Notes: generated from the letters alone by a model not told the origin. A stretch of 64,000 nucleotides of DNA from Octopus bimaculoides (GCF_001194135.2 NC_068984.1:135688764-135752763); one strand, 5' to 3'. Counted from the stretch's first letter, positions 11,086-24,344 are shown. Program-made: numbers and translations.

Positions 11086-14000
11086 TAACCTAAAACTGTC
11101 AAATCTTTTTCGTTTTTTGTAGGTCTTCAGCTTATATATCATGCTGTTAAAAACACGATATTAGTCGATAAATATTCCAAGTTTATACAGAAATATGGAA
11201 TAAGTTCACTGTGAGAATCACATTGCGTAATTCTCACCTGAAGATCGCATAAAAGATTATCCAACGGAGCTCATATATTTCACACTCTTCAAGCTGTTAC
11301 TATAATCAGTATTTTAATTGTAGAAAGGCAATTTACGCGACCTATTGAAATGAAGGGTGCTATTTAACGTAATCCATGGTTTTGTACGGATGTGCGATAC
11401 AGACGTGGTTTCAACATAAATGTAATGCTCCATTCCGTCTTAAATTTGCTTTATTAGCAGTTATGTGATAATATAACCGTATCTTGTGATTCACACAGAA
11501 CGAATTGGTATATGTTTACATTAACTCGAAATAACAGAAAGATAGAAAAGGTTTTTCTGTGTTATTCATTTACTTTTAAGGAAGTGAAGTACCAACCATC
11601 TACAGTGGAAAGAACGCGCTTGGCACTTAAAACTGATTTACAATCACTATCTCCTAAAAGTAACGAACTATAGTTAACCTAACAATGGTGTATATAAATA
11701 AATAGAGACGTCAGTTTTAATCGCAATTAAGGTTATACATTTTTTTTTTTTGGAATAACATAACCTGTTTAGTGGCAGCATATTGTGTATTAAATCCAAT
11801 CAGGAATCTAATCATGGTTCTGTAGAATAAGATGGATGAAGGTCACTCTAAACACAGAAGAGAAATGAGTACACAGATATAATACTAATAAAGATAATGA
11901 GTAATTATCTTAAAATGCAATTGTCATATGGAAACTAAAAAAGAACAATTATTTTATATAGGAGAATATGCATATTTATTAGAAATAAGGAATATAAGAT
12001 CCGCACATACACTATAAATAAATAAATAGAAACTAATACATCTTTATTATATATATTGTCATTCTCTTGTACTTATTTATGCTGAAGAAGTCGAATATAT
12101 ATGGTTCGCAACGATTTATGATATGAATTTGCAGATTATCTTTTGGCTGGAAACTTACTTTTTATTAATTTAGTATCAGTATATGTTTAGTTTGTATTAC
12201 ATTTTTGCTGATGAGACTAGCAAAGCAAGTTTAGTATGTTTCATATGTATTCAAATAGAGTATTATGCTTCATTTGAAAGTATTTAAAACGAATTTTGTT
12301 GTTGAAGAATTGGAGATATAGAGAAATTCTCGTGGGTGATAACGTGATGGTGTTCATGATTGCGAAAGAATCATTGTGTGGTTGAAAAAATAACTGCATA
12401 ATTTTAATGGTATTTCTTCGAATTTATACGTTTATTACTTTAGCTTTGCTGGTTACAATAAATGTACACTGAAATTTGCTATATATGTGTTTATATTTTC
12501 ACCTGGTATCAGCGAAGTATTTATGTATCCGGCAAATAATGGTAGATTTTGAACGTTGTGTACCGAGTTCAAAACACTTCCGTCACCTTCGCCATCGAAA
12601 ATTTAGTGAATCAGTAATTGTATCGTCGAAATCCTGTATAAAACAACGCAGTGCCATTCGTGCAATGCAAAAAAAAATAAATATCATAAGGCTACATTTG
12701 TTTCTGTAATGAACAAGAATATAATTCAATATGTATTCTTTTTCCCGTTAAGTTGTTACTTGCATATATGGCAGTAATCACACATACATGTAAATGTAAA
12801 GATGCGCGCCTTGTTCATTACATCGTTCAACATACGATGATTAAGTCGTGAGTTTGTCTCTAGAGACAGCATCATGTTTTTGTCCACAGCATTCTTTTTA
12901 ATTATTCCAGTTCATTCAGTTGAAAACAGTGTACCAACTAAGTGTTGGTGCAGTCCTCCTTTCTTCCAGCTGTTCCATTTAAGATATTCCGACGGGTCAA
13001 GGGCTTATTGCTTATATATGATCGCAAATATTTAGGCAGCAAAAACATTTAGCATAAGTATGGAACAAGCTACCATGTCGTGCTCAGTTGTGAGTGACAG
13101 CTATGCTTTTTGGCTTATTTATACAATTTTATGGAGAGATGAAAACCCAAAGAGTATAAGTCCCTTCAACAGACACTAGCTTTTCTGGGCAAGCAAACAT
13201 CTAAGTCTACTACTTTCTTTTTGTATGGTATTTTGTTTCTGATGATATTCATCATAGAGTGATGAATCTATATATTTATGTATAATTTTGCAGCAACATG
13301 GTTGTTTGACCTTATTAAATTCAAGAACGAATTCTGAAATAATTTGAATATTTCTAATTTTAAAATTTGCTGTACAATGCTATATATGCATATATTTTAC
13401 CTCTGTCGTTTGTTTGTGTGTACGACTCTTCAATAGACAAAACAAAGTTTATGATTGCACAAGTCACACATTACAAAATGGCTGAAAGTTTTTCTTCGCT
13501 TTTTGCTATCTCTCTTGTGTTATGCACTTTGATCTATGTTTTTATTTTGTGCGTCTGTTGTTTGTGATGTCTCCTCATTCTTTAGTCGATATCTACTTGA
13601 CTTTCCGAAATCTCGAAGGAATAGAAACTTGGCTTGTTTCGAACTTTGCATACAATTTGAATGTCTATTTATTTAGTGAATATGTCGGACGATCTATATG
13701 AACGATAGTTGAGCTTTAAATTGTTTGGATTGGGAATGAAACGCTAGCACAACTTACAAAACGAATAGACATCTGAACAAGTCTAATTTTCTTTCAATTT
13801 TCTATCACTGAATCGCAAGTTTCTTGCAGTTGTGATTATAGCGTTATGTAAGGTTATTGCGTGAACCTATAGTATTTTATCTAATATAATTTGTCCGTAA
13901 GATATAACCAAAATTCAAGGTACTCTGTTCTGAAATTATGTCACTTTCGTTCTTCATCTTAGAATTATATTCTAGCCTTTTATTTTCTTGATAAACGTAA

Positions 14001-14237
14001 CAATTTCCAGCTTCACAAAATCAATTTATTTGTAAGGATTTTGCATTTTGGTTATTTGCAAATTACGGTTTGGAAAGCTTCCAATATTGACATTGTTTGA
14101 AAAACTCGTGAATCTATAAATTGTGGTGACATTATTTCGTCTACTCTTTGACTCTCTGAAATAGTATTATTAGATTATTACCTATCTTTGATTCATAGGA
14201 AAAAGATCATCGTTTCATGTTTCATACGCAGCCTTAC

Positions 14238-14360
14238 CATAAAGCAGCAAAGATAGCCGAAAAGCTGTTTTTTCTTCAGATTTGCTAATTTTACGATATT
14301 TTGTGGTAGTTATTGAACTTTTAATTTTCAAAAGCTGCGAGTGTAAACGGTGATGTAATC
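14238..14360 (-). CDS. Candidate exon (phase 1-1): xLHHRLHSQLLKIKSSITTTKYRKISKSEEKTAFRLSLLLY
   Basis: Strong acceptor cttttatactatacag and donor atg|gtaagg; only one frame open. Confidence 0.3.
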
Positions 14361-15654
14361 CTGTATAGTATAAAAGTCCATATTTTATATTCTAAAAGAA
14401 TTATTATTAGTTTTCTAGCTGTCTTCCATCATTTTTTCTAGAGACTGTTTCCTCAAAATTATCGTTTTCCTATGGATATGTTGTCGAACATTACATTTAT
14501 TTCTATTCCTGACCATAATATATTTTTCGGTGAACAGTACTGCAGAATAATATCTTTCATGACTGCTTTATTTTGCATTTTCGTAGCTATGTTTTATCGT
14601 CTCTGTGGAATTTAGCAGTGTAATAAACATTTGCCAAGAATACTTTCCAGGTGGATTGGTTAATTATTATATATCTATATATATGTTTGTTGCTCGGATC
14701 TATATTTATTTGCAAATTGCTATCTTTGTCAACATTTGTTTCTACATATATATTTGTTTAAAGAGAATATCAATTTCCATGCCAACGTGAAATGACCTCA
14801 CTGTATAACGAGTCTTCTTAAATAAGTAATCATTCTCAATATAAAATATATTCTCTCCCAAACCTTAGTAATGACTAGAACCTTGACCGTTGATATTAAT
14901 TACAGCCAGTAAGTAATAGATTCATAATTCTATTTAAATGGAACCAGGAAAAGTGAAATGAGAAATGAACAAAACTGCATCATTCTCTTATATATATATA
15001 TATATAGCATTGAAACATTATCACTGAACAGCAGAAAACACTGCTTTAATAGATTCATCCTCATTCATTTTAAATGTCATCATTCTGGCTATATATAACA
15101 TGGATCTTCTGAATTCAATTATTTAGCTTACAAACGCGAAAGCTCTATCTTGAAATAGGATTATTAGTTACAAATGGAAAACCATAATAACTTATTTTAC
15201 GATGCCTAAAAGAAAGAAAAAAACAGTTGCAAGTGCATTAACAAACCCGTTGCAGAATGAACCACACCCATTGTTGAGGACTCTGTGCTATCAATTGAAA
15301 TTATCATTCTTAAGAGGACGATTGTTTTTACGAAAATTACCGTTCTGAATCTTAATAGAGTTACAAGGCCTAGAAATAGGCCTAGACATGTTGCGAGCCG
15401 GTGATTATATTCCCAATATTAGTTCAAATAAAATGAATTATAGTAATCGATGACTTGACAAAGCAAAAACATCAGCAACAATATTATTAGTATTTACTTT
15501 TAATCTCCATGTTTGTTACAATCAGTTGCCGAGACACTCCCAGCGTCCTAAGGCGAGTGAAGGATATGAGACGCTACAGTATGACTGAAGGCGTGTGGAG
15601 GAAAAGTGGCAGCAAAATATCTTCATGTTATACGACTCATTTGAATTGATAGTG

Positions 15655-15760
15655 TTTTCTAAGGATGTGGGCAGTACTCGTCAGTACAACTCTTTGGGAT
15701 TTCTCTGAGACATGGTTCTCGTGGTGCATATTCTAGATATTTCTGACATCCTTTTTTATC
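15655..15760 (-). mobile_element. R4/Dong-type LINE, degenerate 3' end
   Basis: Reverse strand encodes approximately ..VVLTSTAHILRKTLSIQ, matching the C-terminus at 45388-45505. Confidence 0.7.
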
Positions 15761-16075
15761 ATACCTAGGGCACTCACAATAACATAAAAGTCTCTCATTT
15801 TAACATGCCCTATCTTTTGTATTTCAATTTATGTTCTTATAGTTACTTAAACTGTCAAATTCCTTTACAGATATATTATTATCAGTGGGAACACTTACAT
15901 CTATTAGTGTACAAGTAACAATGCGAAAGTTACTGGGTTCGCAAACACCGTACGACAGTGGTTCGTAATTAAGTTAATTGGATTAACGACGCAAGAATTA
16001 TAGTTGTTACGTACTTACGTACGGTATTTGGATGAACTGCATATTCGAGAATCAATCCGAGAATAAGCATTTCAG

Positions 16076-16214
16076 CAAATTATTACGTATACAACAATAA
16101 AAATAGAAGGCTGGAAAGTAGATTAGGAATCACAACAGCAATTAGAAGAGTGCCTCGAACTGAGTTGTGTACAGATATATACGAGACAACGTTCAAAATT
16201 ACGGTTCGACAGAG
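16076..16214 (+). CDS. Candidate exon (phase 1-2): xNYYVYNNKNRRLESRLGITTAIRRVPRTELCTDIYETTFKITVRQ
   Basis: Acceptor aagcatttcag, donor gag|gtgaga, 45 open codons; no family recognised. Confidence 0.25.
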
Positions 16215-16871
16215 GTGAGATAGCCAACAGAGACAGAGGACAATAAGCACTACACATCACTTATGAGTAAGGAACTGGTTCTGATATTAATCCATCTTCT
16301 GTAAAGGCTTGTTTTCCTTTACTTTTTGAGAGATCACTTTCATTACATTTTGGGATGTCTTCCTATTTTCTACTTCGTGTGTTCTTGGCGGAGGTTTGTC
16401 ATCCTTAGACCTATACAAATTACATCTTATCTGCTCATTGCATTTTGATGGGGTGGTTAAAGTTGGCTACGGTGAGACATGATTGGCATGCCTAGTCACT
16501 AGTTTCTTGAATCTGGCATGAAATAATCTCTGTTGCTACACATAATTTTGGTTTCTGAGCTCTTCTCAACGAAATGTCATCATGGAGTTCTTTGTAACGC
16601 AACTAAAATATTCGACAAATTTTTCTTATCCTGCCATTCAAAAAATACCTTTGATTGTTGCACAACAAAAGAAAGAAATTTAAGGGATCATTTGACTTCG
16701 TAAATCCATTCTGACCTCACTCAACCGCACATTGTCTTGTATGACATTTTTTCTGACCACCTGCACGTACTGTAACACAAAAGCTATAAAATGTAAGGGC
16801 CACAACCATTACAAATGCATTTGCCGAAAAAGTTGTCTTTCTCTGCTAAGCATACTGGAACAAATTATATA

Positions 16872-17099
16872 TAATTCTTTATTGCCCACGAGGGGCTAAA
16901 CATAGAGAGGAGACAAACAAGAACAGACAAAGGGATTAAGTCGATTACATCGACTCCAGTGCGTAACTGGTACTTATTTAATCGACCCTGAAAGGCAAAG
17001 TCGACCTCGGCGGAATTTCAACTCACAACGTAGCAGCAGACAAAATACTGCTAAGCATTTCGCCCGGCGTGCTAACGATTCTGCTAGCTCACCGCCTTT
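16872..17099 (-). mobile_element. SINE B, full length, tail type 1, with TSD
   Basis: Close to the 1501-1731 copy; 14-bp TSD gaacaaattatata at 16858-16871 and 17100-17113. Confidence 0.95.
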
Positions 17100-17959
17100 G
17101 AACAAATTATATAGACGGACGTGTCCCTCAAGATTTCAGCCTCAAACAGGCTGTGTTATCAGGCCTTAAACCATTGATAATAATAATTTAAGTCCTATCA
17201 CGTTCAAGTGAGATAAATTTTTAGATATTTTGTTGAGGGCCACTCCCGGCTTTTTCGAGAACCAATGTTAGTCCTGACATTTTGCAAAATATTAAAGCAA
17301 GTTAATGGTTAGTTCAACATTGAACATTATATTTGGTACAAAAAAATTTAAACACTCGCTCTACTGTGCTTTGATATTCATATGCCCTTATTACAAATAA
17401 ATCTTCTTCATGTCCGCACACTCCAATTAGCGCATGTGACGAGAACTGAACTTATCTGTGATAACATGAATACTTTTTAGAACTTTTGCATAACAAAATG
17501 TGAGCCTCGATGTTGTTTTGTTGATTGACGTACTGTTCAAAGTGTTACTATTGTTCTCTGTTTTTTAGCTCCTTTTTAGTACATCGAATTAAACTTCATT
17601 TATTTGATTTTGTCTGAAGGAAGATTATTGTTTCCAATTATGTAACTATATGTGACCATAGTCTTTAGTTTTGTTGTTGAAGGATCTCGTCATTACAGAA
17701 TGAACCGGGTTGTTTTTAAAAACCAAAATTCTACAAGCGATAACAAATTCTAAAACATGAAAACATTTCTGTTTACTTCGGTATGAAAAATATTAAAAGT
17801 GTCCTGTTAGTAAATAATCCGAGTGAAGAAAATATTTTCATTCACTTTGAACTTGTAGAATATCCATAATTACCAGAACCCGTAAAAGACGACTTGTGAC
17901 TGTAATAAATGAGAGCAATACTAATAAGAAAACCAAAAAATAGCAGTAATAACAAAATA

Positions 17960-19190
17960 ATAATAATAATGGAGAAAAAGACTCGAAGGCAAACTTGAAG
18001 AGATGAAAATTAATTAAGAACATTAATATCATGCCGCAGAAAGAAACTCAGATAAGAGAATTAGATCAAAGACGGGCATACAAATATTTAGGAATCGATG
18101 AAGCAAGCAGTGTACAACTAACGCAAATGAAAGAAAAGATTAAAAATGAAATATCATAGCTGCATTTGATTAATACTTAAAACAGAGTTAAATGCAAAAA
18201 AAAAAAGAAAAAAATGAAATAGATAATAAGCATCTATCGCCTAGTTGTCCCAGTAATAAATTATAGATATAATATTCTCTGCTGGACTCTAAATGAACAA
18301 GCAAAGCTACACAGAAAAAGATATAATGACAGCCTTTGGAGTACACCACCCGAAATAAGGCATAGACAGAAAGCATTTTCTAAAAATACCGGGTGGTTGG
18401 CGACCTTAAGCATGGAGAAAGTTATTATAAAACGTCACTAAGAAACTACCAGCAAAGCTAGGTATGAACAGAAAATTAATTCAGATAACTTCTTTAATTG
18501 TTTTCTGTCTTCAAAGAAAACTGTAAATACTACAATGTATCAGGTAATGCCGGTAATTACGAAGTAACAGCAGCTACACTAACAGAAATTCTGGAAAGGT
18601 AAAGTAAAAGGAAACTTTAAGTTTCTTCAAGAAAAGGCACTGATATGGTTGTAGAATAAAAATGCTTACAAGGCCAATGCCTGAAATAGTATCATAAATA
18701 CAGGATTTTATCACTATCGCTCATTAAGCAAAGATAGAAAGATTCTTGATAGGGCACAGGATAAAAGCCTCTCCCGTATACATCCCCAAAAGCGAATAAT
18801 GAGATAGAATACTAATAAACTGAGAATATGTGAATAGAGATGAATAAGTAATTGGTCATGTCGTAGCTAACTACGCACTCTTAGCTGCATAATGATACAT
18901 CTAAAGGTATGATAAAAGGGAACATCCACTAGAGATTATACAAAAATTACAAAATTTCAACATAAGGATCTGGGCTCTCCCTTTCCAGAATGAAAGATCT
19001 GTGTTATACAAATACATACAAATGTTGTTAAGGAAACCAGAAAAACAGATAACTCCTAATGGAATATATCAGTCACAACGGATGATAAACTGTTACTAAA
19101 ACAAAAATCATCTTTTAATTATTTCAGTCACTGTACTGTGCTTTGAATAGTCTAATCAAGCAAATCACACCACATCTTAATTATTAAGTT
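17960..19190 (+). mobile_element. R4/Dong-type LINE, degenerate RT thumb to CCHC region
   Basis: Frameshifted RELDQRRAYKYLGID..QMKEKIKNE..LILKTELNA..VVPVINY; later a degenerate zinc-knuckle-like RICE..IGHVVANYALLA. Confidence 0.7.
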
Positions 19191-19281
19191 CTGGTTTCTT
19201 TCGACAAACAGCTAGATTACGGGAATGTAAATAAAACAACACCGGTTCTCAAATAATGGTGGGGAACAACACAAATATATA

Positions 19282-19328
19282 CAGCCTTGTAAGTGGATTT
19301 GGTTGGCGGAAGCTGAAAGAAACCCGGC

Positions 19329-19369
<41 letters not shown>

Positions 19370-19440
19370 TGTGTGTGTGTGTTTGTGTGTACATAATATG
19401 TTCGTATTTAAACATATGTGTGCTTGTATGTGTCTGACGT
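19282..19440 (+). mobile_element. SINE A central fragment with (TG)n
   Basis: gccttgtaagtggatttggttggcggaagctgaaagaaacccggcg. Confidence 0.75.
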
Positions 19441-19524
19441 GGTGTGGACCGAAGCCGGAACCGGGTGGTTTTGAAAGATACAGAAGGGTAAAATCTACAA
19501 GCTAGTAAGGATGTTCTAGTGGAA

Positions 19525-19645
19525 TCTTTTATCTTTTATTTTAACTTGTTTCAGCCATTGCTACAACCATACTGGAACGCTGCCTTGATGTCTCGCGACG
19601 AACGGACAGGCCCCATTACTTATTTTAAGCTGGTACTTATTCATT
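19525..19645 (-). mobile_element. SINE A-type tail fragment
   Basis: tcttttattttaacttgtttcagccatt..ccatactggaacgctgcctt. Confidence 0.65.
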
Positions 19646-19648
19646 CGA

Positions 19649-19787
19649 AGGGACGCTTTATGACGTAGTGGTTTAAGAGCGTGGGCTACTGACCCCAAGA
19701 TTCCGAGTTCGATTCCAGGCAGTAATCTGAATAATAATAATAACATCGAAAAATACCTTAGGAAGGAAAACCCAGGTTCTAAACTTC
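19649..19787 (+). mobile_element. tRNA-derived SINE family D, 3' truncated
   Basis: A-box-like tgacgtagtggtt (19661), B-box gagttcgattcc (19705), no tRNA acceptor stem, followed by (AAT)n and a unique body. Confidence 0.65.
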
Positions 19788-19789
19788 AT

Positions 19790-19853
19790 AGGCATAGGAG
19801 TGACTGTGTAGTAAGTAGCTTGGTTACCAACCACATGGTTCCGGGTTCAATAT
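19790..19853 (+). mobile_element. SINE A head, truncated at the B box
   Basis: taggcataggagtgactgtgtagtaagtagcttggttaccaaccacatggttccgggttca. Confidence 0.8.
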
Positions 19854-19858
19854 ATATA

Positions 19859-19938
19859 TTTCCCCGTGTTTTTCTCCTTGTCTCCGTATTCTTTCTGTTG
19901 AAGAGCGTAGCTCGAAACGTCAAAGACTTTCCGTATTC
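19859..19938 (+). repeat. Dispersed repeat with hammerhead-like motif, copy 1 (possibly Penelope-derived)
   Basis: ttctgttgaagagcgtagctcgaaacgtcaaagacttt; second copy at 24498-24662. Confidence 0.55.
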
Positions 19939-20469
19939 NNNNNNNNNNNNNNNNNNNNNNNNNNNNNNNNNNNNNNNNNNNNNNNNNNNNNNNNNNNNNN
20001 NNNNNNNNNNNNNNNNNNNNNNNNNNNNNNNNNNNNNNNNNNNNNNNNNNNNNNNNNNNNNNNNNNNNNNNNNNNNNNNNNNNNNNNNNNNNNNNNNNNN
20101 NNNNNNNNNNNNNNNNNNNNNNNNNNNNNNNNNNNNNNNNNNNNNNNNNNNNNNNNNNNNNNNNNNNNNNNNNNNNNNNNNNNNNNNNNNNNNNNNNNNN
20201 NNNNNNNNNNNNNNNNNNNNNNNNNNNNNNNNNNNNNNNNNNNNNNNNNNNNNNNNNNNNNNNNNNNNNNNNNNNNNNNNNNNNNNNNNNNNNNNNNNNN
20301 NNNNNNNNNNNNNNNNNNNNNNNNNNNNNNNNNNNNNNNNNNNNNNNNNNNNNNNNNNNNNNNNNNNNNNNNNNATATATATATATATACATGTGTGTAT
20401 GTGTGTGTGTGTTTCCGTCAACAAAATCCGCGTAACAATGATTAGTGGGTCAAGGCTATATTGGAAGCT

Positions 20470-20560
20470 ACATACATGCCTAAGATATCTTCGATTATAG
20501 CCTGAATCAGGAACCATGTGATTAAGAAGCAAACTTCTTACCACATACTTACGCCTACGT
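20470..20560 (-). mobile_element. SINE A head fragment
   Basis: ggaaccatgtgattaagaagcaaacttcttaccacatacttacgcct. Confidence 0.65.
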
Positions 20561-21680
20561 TGAATTTTGAACGCAAAGTACCAGAAAGAGAAACAGAGCT
20601 TCGGGAGAATCGCCGATCCACCAGCGTCATTTTAACGACCTGGATGAAGAAAAATTGATTTGAGTGTGATGTCATTTGAACTATGAATCCAACAAGTCGA
20701 AACAAATAATGCTAGTCATCTTCTGACGACACTGACAATTTGCCACTCTGAACAGCAGCATCAGTAACAGGAAAATGAATTTGATGAAAAACACAAACAA
20801 GATCTTATTTATGCTTGTTGCTATTTAGTAAATAGGAACTGTGTCAACAAATTGAAAATTTTAACATATTGCTCTCATGGAAAATAGATTTATTATGCCT
20901 ATGCCGCTACATACAATAGAATGAGAGAGTTTATTTAGTTATGACAATATAGAAATATGGCGACACGAATTGAATGTTGCAATGAGAAAAATTTGAATTG
21001 TGTGGTATTTAGTTGAATAAAAATAGCGATGATCCTTCACCGAATGATGTCAGAGCGATTATCGAATTATATTTTAAAAACATTTACACAAACAAAAACA
21101 AGAAATAATAATCACGAAATGTTATGACAGAGTTTAATGTATTCAGTCATGTTAATACTACTCTGCAAATCTATTTTCACTTTGTGATAATATTTCAGAA
21201 AAATTGATGTTTTTGAAAAGAAATAATGCTCTGAGATAAAGATTTTTAGAAATGTCATCTAACGATATTTTCAACAGAACATCTGAAATGTCAATGATCG
21301 ATGCATATGTAACAGGAGAGCATAGTGTTTTCTGATGAAGACTAAATATCTAATAAGTTCTCTCTAGCGACGGCATCAGGAGGACGAAATATTGTGATTT
21401 TTAATGAAGTGCTTGGTGTGTTTTGCTTACATGGAACATACAGAGAGATCCATAGAATTCATTCACATATATTTTTTTATTGAATATACAGGGCGGTCCA
21501 TAGATTTCATTCACATATATTCTTTTTATAAGCCACCACCCTGACACCTAAATCCATACATATTCGCTCCATTTGTTTGGGATCATACAATTTAAACGCT
21601 TAAAACAAATACAAGGTATTTGTCCGATATTTTAAGGATTCGCTGAGTGTGCTCTCTTGAAGCAATCTCAGACAACTTAC

Positions 21681-21782
21681 ATAATAATATAAATAGTAGT
21701 AGAGTCGATATCGAAAACAAACTTAAAATACCGAGAAAAATAACGAAGGAATAGGAATTTTTATAACTATGGAATGGAAATG
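21681..21782 (-). CDS. Candidate transmembrane exon (phase 1-1): xFPFHSYKNSYSFVIFLGILSLFSISTLLLFILL
   Basis: Donor tat|gtaagt, acceptor tttttgaagtccag, one long hydrophobic stretch. Confidence 0.28.
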
Positions 21783-22986
21783 CTGGACTTCAAAAACAAT
21801 TCCTTGATGCTGATGATGATCACATGCGGTTTTGATATTTCATGTTTGACGCGTTTAAGTTCGTTTTTGTTTTCTTCGCCAACCAAGCGGGTTAGAAGGA
21901 AAATAGATAAAGTTGTAAAAATAAACATACCCTGATTAAATATAAGACAATATTTTGAGTCAGAAACATATTACTGTATATGCCTTACCCTAATGGAAAG
22001 CAAGCTAATTGTCATATTCAATACGGTACTGGAGAAAATTTGCTCACGTTCTTACTCTCAGAATTTCAATTAAAGTTAATTATCCTTTTTTATTCTCTTT
22101 GAACGATNNNNNNNNNNNNNNNNNNNNNNNNNNNNNNNNNNNNNNNNNNNNNNNNNNNNNNNNNNNNNNNNNNNNNNNNNNNNNNNNNNNNNNNNNNNNN
22201 NNNNNNNNNNNNNNNNNNNNNNNNNNNNNNNNNNNNNNNNNNNNNNNNNNNNNNNNNNNNNNNNNNNNNNNNNNNNNNNNNNNNNNNNNNNNNNNNNNNN
22301 NNNNNNNNNNNNNNNNNNNNNNNNNNNNNNNNNNNNNNNNNNNNNNNNNNNNNNNNNNNNNNNNNNNNNNNNNNNNNNNNNNNNNNNNNNNNNNNNNNNN
22401 NNNNNNNNNNNNNNNNNNNNNNNNNNNNNNNNNNNNNNNNNNNNNNNNNNNNNNNNNNNNNNNNNNNNNNNNNNNNNNNNNNNNNNNNNNNNNNNNNNNN
22501 NNNNNNNNNNNNNNNNNNNNNNTATATATATATATATACAGTGTTATAAAAACAAGTCAGTGCATGTAATTTGTGTGATAAAAATATGGAGGTTGTTAGG
22601 AATGTTTCATAAGTAGTAACTCATACAAGAAATAGGGCTTCATTTTATCGATTTTATTATGGTCAACTGTAAACATCAGTTGAATATGTTTGTGCCTCTC
22701 GATGTAAAATATAGAGAGATAGAAACAATTAGAGAGTCTATTGAGTGGATAAATATTTAAGAGCTTCCGTCAAAATATTTCGTGGTAATTAAGGCTTTCA
22801 TATAACGAACATATCTTTGATCTATCTTGGGGTCGATATCGATAAAATAAGCAGTAGACAGGTAATTGGGATGATTAATGGATTCTGCTATTAGATATAA
22901 GACTTCAAAATTTGTACGTCGTTTGAAATGATACTACTTAGTAAAATATTGAGCACAAACACGCATTCCTTCTCATACACACTTAC

Positions 22987-23070
22987 CAATATACGAAACA
23001 ATCGAAAAAATCGACTCAGAAGACAAACTCTCAATTTCGTTTGCAATAAATTCAATAAAAGAAACATAGC
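22987..23070 (-). CDS. Candidate exon, two open frames (YVSFIEFIANEIESLSSESIFSIVSYI or AMFLLLNLLQTKLRVCLLSRFFRLFRIL)
   Basis: Donor ttg|gtaagt, weak acceptor gttaccgag; frame ambiguous. Confidence 0.18.
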
Positions 23071-23577
23071 CTCGGTAACATGCATTGAACATTGTATGTG
23101 TGCGTGTATATATATATATATGAACACATACATACGTATTCACACACTCACACAAAGACACACATATATATATATATTTATGTATATGTGTATGCATGCA
23201 TGTATGTATATATGTATACGTATATAGAAATACAAAATAAAGGATACTTATTTAACTTATTTATGACTTATTAGATACGTATGTTTCATGTGGAATAGCA
23301 TATCTAATAATGCTGCAATATAAATGTATACAATCCGGTATTTGATTCATTATGATGCTACAAAGAAGAATTCAACACAATCCGCTTATATTGTTGAACA
23401 TTTTAAGGTAGCAAATAGTACAGTTTTGTCAGGTATTCACTAGTTGTATTTGATCTACACCAGTCTACGTGGTGGGGAGCTACTTCGGTAGACAGAGTTG
23501 TGATCTTAGGAAGATAGAGTTGTAATCCAAGGGATAGGGAGTTACGTAGAAAGAGTTGTAATTTGTTATATATATAT

Positions 23578-23690
23578 AGGCGCAGGCGTGGCAGTGCGGT
23601 GAGTTTCTGCTGCTATAGCCTCGGTGCACCAAAGTTTGTGAGTGGATTTGGTAGATGGAAAATGAAAGAAGTCCGTCGTATATATATATA
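23578..23690 (+). mobile_element. SINE A head with internal deletion
   Basis: aggcgcaggcgtggcagtgcggt..ctatagcctcgg..ccaaagtttgtgagtggatttggtagatggaaa. Confidence 0.82.
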
Positions 23691-23713
23691 CAACTCTATC
23701 TTCCTGAGATCAC

Positions 23714-23715
<2 letters not shown>

Positions 23716-23785
<70 letters not shown>

Positions 23786-24268
23786 NNNNNNNNNNNNNNN
23801 NNNNNNNNNNNNNNNNNNNNNNNNNNNNNNNNNNNNNNNNNNNNNNNNNNNNNNNNNNNNNNNNNNNNNNNNNNNNNNNNNNNNNNNNNNNNNNNNNNNN
23901 NNNNNNNNNNNNNNNNNNNNNNNNNNNNNNNNNNNNNNNNNNNNNNNNNNNNNNNNNNNNNNNNNNNNNNNNNNNNNNNNNNNNNNNNNNNNNNNNNNNN
24001 NNNNNNNNNNNNNNNNNNNNNNNNNNNNNNNNNNNNNNNNNNNNNNNNNNNNNNNNNNNNNNNNNNNNNNNNNNNNNNNNNNNNNNNNNNNNNNNNNNNN
24101 NNNNNNNNNNNNNNNNNNNNNNNNNNNNNNNNNNNNNNNNNNNNNNNNNNNNNNNNNNNNNNNNNNNNNNNNNNNNNNNNNNNNNNNNNNNNNNNNNNNN
24201 NNNNNNNNNNNNNNNNNNNNNNNNNNNNNNNNNNNNNNNNNNNNNNNNNNNNNNNNNNNNNNNNNNNN

Positions 24269-24318
<50 letters not shown>

Positions 24319-24325
24319 GGAGAGA
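23716..24325. repeat. (TC)n(TA)n - gap - (AG)n microsatellites
   Basis: Direct. Confidence 0.95.
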
Positions 24326-24344
24326 GGTGAGGGAATGAGAGATT

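Noticed and set aside
11238-12633. Minus-strand segments 12503-12633 and 11238-11341 with excellent splice sites
   Set aside because: Stops in all three frames; could be UTR/lncRNA exons, but mainly they show that pseudo-exons are common here
7239-13035. Short signal-peptide-like ORFs (MRRLAFRFLL.. 7239-7385; MPLACKITILG.. 9047-9100 minus; MFLSTAFFLII..CWCSPPFF.. 12874-13035)
   Set aside because: F/L/I runs are expected by chance in AT-rich DNA; no consistent gene model
19649-19720. Possible tRNA gene
   Set aside because: A and B boxes present but no closed acceptor stem or T-run terminator; it continues into a SINE body. The same applies to the SINE A and C heads
21325-21395. CTGATGA ... 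GAAA as a hammerhead
   Set aside because: No G-C closing pair or stem II, and the spacing is too long
21449-21530. About 33-bp local duplication around tacagggcgg
   Set aside because: A simple tandem duplication; no matching TIR to support a Tc1 element
22987-23070. LRR-like match in one frame and S4 voltage-sensor-like match in another
   Set aside because: The two readings are mutually exclusive and the acceptor is weak; no family call made
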